From a virus, in the IMG/VR virus record IMGVR_UViG_3300034069_002176: 64,000 nt of DNA. One strand, written 5' to 3'. The notes under the pieces were generated by a model, which searched no databases, was not told where the DNA came from, and saw only the letters and a list, made by a program, of their open reading frames with translations. The translations under genes and the position numbers were made by a program. Of this stretch, positions 61,916-64,000 are shown piece after piece (position 1 is the first letter of the stretch; each line of letters starts with the position of its first letter).

Positions 61916-63127
61916 TTACTTCAGCTTGTAAGCCTCAACCCAGTCAACCTTGATGTGTCCAGAAGATGCTGCGGGTACTGGTGCACCATCAGTGTTGGTT
62001 TCTGCCTGGAGAGTCCAACGCATCGGCTTGGTGGGAACACCAGCAGGATTGGTCGTCTGACCAATCAGCTTGCCATCCCAGTACCACTTGACGGAACCCT
62101 TGGACCACTCGGTTGTTGCCGTGTGGTATCCGGTAGTATCGGTAGGCGTGTAAACACGTGTGGGCGGGTCAAACGTCATGTGTCCGTTGCTGTATGTTCC
62201 AGCGACAGCGGAAGCAGGAGACATCTTACCGGCGAGGTTTCCCTCAGGGAAGTCGATTTCACCCTCGTTCCAGTTGTCTGAACTCGGCCACATCAAGAAG
62301 GCAATCTTGTAACCGTCGATGTTGTCGGACTTAAAACGGATGCTGTAGCGTCCATAAGTCTGACCGCTGTATCCCATTGGGACCGGCGCTGCCACGAGCG
62401 GCTTGCCGTTCTCCGAGTGGAGATAGAAGTCGAGGTTGCCGTTCGCCACGCTAAGAACTTTGTCAGGTGCGTAGGTGCCGACGTTTGATGTGTCTACGAA
62501 GCCGGAGTAGCCGTTCCAGTCTGCACCATACGTGCTACCGAAGGAACCAAGAGGGGCATTCTTGTTGAAGTCCTCAGAGAAGCTAGGGGTCCACGTCTTG
62601 TTGTCACTGACAACATCGCCTGTGGGAATAGCATTCGGGTCAGTAGCTGGCGGGGTGGTTACCGGGGGCGTTGTGACGGGAGGCGTTGTCACCGGAGGGG
62701 TAGGGGTCGTAGTTGCTCCGACCTTGAAGGTGCTTGCCTTACCGACGTTAATCCATGCACCGTTGTAGTAAAGACATGAGAACGCATAGTACGTTCCATT
62801 CGCAAACTGCTTGGTGTCTTGGAATGTAGTGCCCCATCGGTTGATGGTAGGGAACCAGTGGACGGGATAGTCATAGTTCCAGTCATGTGCGGCGTCGCGG
62901 ACACAAATGCCTGCAACGCTGACGCGGGTATTCCTAGCTGCCGAGAATGTCGTCTTTGCTGTGACGGCGTTCCCTTTGACAACGGTCGTGGGTGCTGTTG
63001 CGTTAAAAGTAGTCGCGGCGTTTGCCGGGGTGACTGCGGTGAGGACGAGCACACCTGCTGCTAATGCTGCAACGATCCCTCCCCGCGCGAAATTCTTTCG
63101 AAATCTTGATGGTGTTCGGGTGGACAT
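61916..63127 (-). CDS. Secreted GH16 glycoside hydrolase with N-terminal accessory domain and TTPPV linker
   Basis: Start ATG 63127 after AGGAG; signal peptide (..PANAA); GEIDFPEG (ExDxxE); HTATTEW, WYWDG. Confidence 0.85.
   Translation of the reverse strand: MSTRTPSRFRKNFARGGIVAALAAGVLVLTAVTPANAATTFNATAPTTVVKGNAVTAKTTFSAARNTRVSVAGICVRDAAHDWNYDYPVHWFPTINRWGTTFQDTKQFANGTYYAFSCLYYNGAWINVGKASTFKVGATTTPTPPVTTPPVTTPPVTTPPATDPNAIPTGDVVSDNKTWTPSFSEDFNKNAPLGSFGSTYGADWNGYSGFVDTSNVGTYAPDKVLSVANGNLDFYLHSENGKPLVAAPVPMGYSGQTYGRYSIRFKSDNIDGYKIAFLMWPSSDNWNEGEIDFPEGNLAGKMSPASAVAGTYSNGHMTFDPPTRVYTPTDTTGYHTATTEWSKGSVKWYWDGKLIGQTTNPAGVPTKPMRWTLQAETNTDGAPVPAASSGHIKVDWVEAYKLK
62651..62705 (-). repeat. 15-nt-period linker repeat encoding (TPPVT)n
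   Basis: PTPPVTTPPVTTPPVTTPP with synonymous divergence between units. Confidence 0.7.
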
Positions 63128-63292
63128 TGCTACTCCTGCTGCTGATTTCTTATGCAAGGATGGGTTACCTTGTAGTGTTCAGTTATTCAATAGTATCATC
63201 CGAACTAGTTAGTTCTAAAATCGGTGAAAACTTTGTGGTTGTCAATACGGCTCAGACCTGCTAGTTTTGGATGTAACTACCTAAGAGGCGAC

Positions 63293-63766
63293 GTGAAAAC
63301 GACCAAATGGCATTTCAGCAAGCGTATGGCAATCATCATCGCTGCCGCTATCACAGTAGGTATTGCTGCGTGCTCGTCTAACGCTGGAGTCAGTCCTATC
63401 GGTTCGGCTACAAGTAACTTCTCTGTGCAGGCGAGCGTTGATGGTGTTTCACTTAGCGTGAATCAGCCCATCAAGTTCGACAAACTTGAGCCGGGTCAGA
63501 CCCAGATGAAGAACGTCATTGTCAAGAACAATGGCAACGTTGCTGGCATTATCAAAAAACTGGATATCGAAAAGAAGGGCACGCTGTTCACGAGTGGGAC
63601 GGCTACCATTACTGTTACCGCAGATGATGGTGTTGCTCTTAAAGACCGACCTATTGCCGTGAACCAGACCATTAAGGCTACCGTTGTCCTGAAAATAGCA
63701 GATCAGCTAAAACAGGGTGAAACCGGTTCCATTTCGCTAGACTTCAACGCAGTACCCAACAAATGA
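63293..63766 (+). CDS. Lipoprotein with Ig-like beta-sandwich
   Basis: Start GTG 63293 after AGAGG; lipobox IAAC; KLEPGQT..VKNNGN. Confidence 0.7.
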   Translation: MKTTKWHFSKRMAIIIAAAITVGIAACSSNAGVSPIGSATSNFSVQASVDGVSLSVNQPIKFDKLEPGQTQMKNVIVKNNGNVAGIIKKLDIEKKGTLFTSGTATITVTADDGVALKDRPIAVNQTIKATVVLKIADQLKQGETGSISLDFNAVPNK

Positions 63767-63781
63767 AAGTAGACAGACAAA

Positions 63782-64000
63782 ATGACCGCCGTTAACAAGA
63801 ATGCCGCCCTCGTGACACTTCGAAACCTCAGTGATGTCAATGCTGCAAATACTGATGCTCATGCCCGTCTCACCAAGCTCATCGAGAGCTTTACGGGTCG
63901 TTCGTACTTCACTGGCGATGCCGCAGTCGCAATCATCGACGATAACACTCTTACGGTTTCCGCCGAAGTCAAGCCTGGTGCCGACTACAAGCGTGCCGAG
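63782..64000 (+). CDS. Hypothetical protein, runs off the window end
   Basis: Open frame MTAVNKNAALVTLRNLSDV... to 64000, read by hand. Confidence 0.6.
   Translation, partial: MTAVNKNAALVTLRNLSDVNAANTDAHARLTKLIESFTGRSYFTGDAAVAIIDDNTLTVSAEVKPGADYKRAE

Noticed and set aside
1-64000. Genome-wide TAG reassignment (alternative genetic code)
   Set aside because: Many genes end in TAG directly before terminators, convergent genes or another nearby stop (976, 5279, 21446, 29279, 45978, 52350), and the two kinase-like paralogs end at the same TAG position with unrelated downstream sequence. I found only two TAG-interrupted genes.
1-64000. Integrase, transposase, CRISPR array, rRNA or virion structural genes
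   Set aside because: None was recognised, so the phage identity remains an inference from gene content.

Overview
A dense, two-stranded array of about 90 mostly short genes. There is no rRNA, no housekeeping operon, no CRISPR array and no virion structural, terminase or replisome gene. The content fits the accessory (host-takeover and counter-defence) region of a large actinobacterial phage or a similar large extrachromosomal element; phage status is inferred, not shown. Host-like genes (LCP, ErpA, YccA, TrxB, PTH2, DUF2510/DUF732) look actinobacterial. Recognisable functions are RNA/tRNA repair (Thg1, Rnl-type ligase, RlaP-type nucleotidyltransferase, Tpt1, HAD, TrmH, two metallophosphoesterases, two PTH2-fold proteins), NAD metabolism (PnuC-NadR behind an NrtR-type palindrome, a full WGR-PARP, Nudix), two SF2 helicases, a DEDDh exonuclease, an EEP nuclease, and envelope and stress genes. 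Three things stand out. (1) Sixteen otherwise mostly unrelated proteins share an N-terminal leader, TPIVDKNGKxTTVHKK. Fourteen of them, plus two C3H zinc-finger genes, sit behind a distinct promoter class, (T)GTCR-N11-TAnnnT. I infer a co-regulated set of tagged cargo proteins (ArdA-like, HD hydrolase, kinase-like, acidic), possibly packaged in the virion and injected. (2) An amber-anticodon tRNA (CUA) lies directly upstream of a peptidyl-tRNA-hydrolase-like gene whose third codon is TAG, and a second gene (YgjV-like) is split by one in-frame TAG. This suggests gene-specific, suppression-gated expression. (3) There is a ribosomal protein S10/NusE homolog lacking the ribosome-binding loop. All family assignments come from motif recognition by eye; no searches were run. 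Many start codons were moved from the supplied ORF track using SD or promoter evidence.
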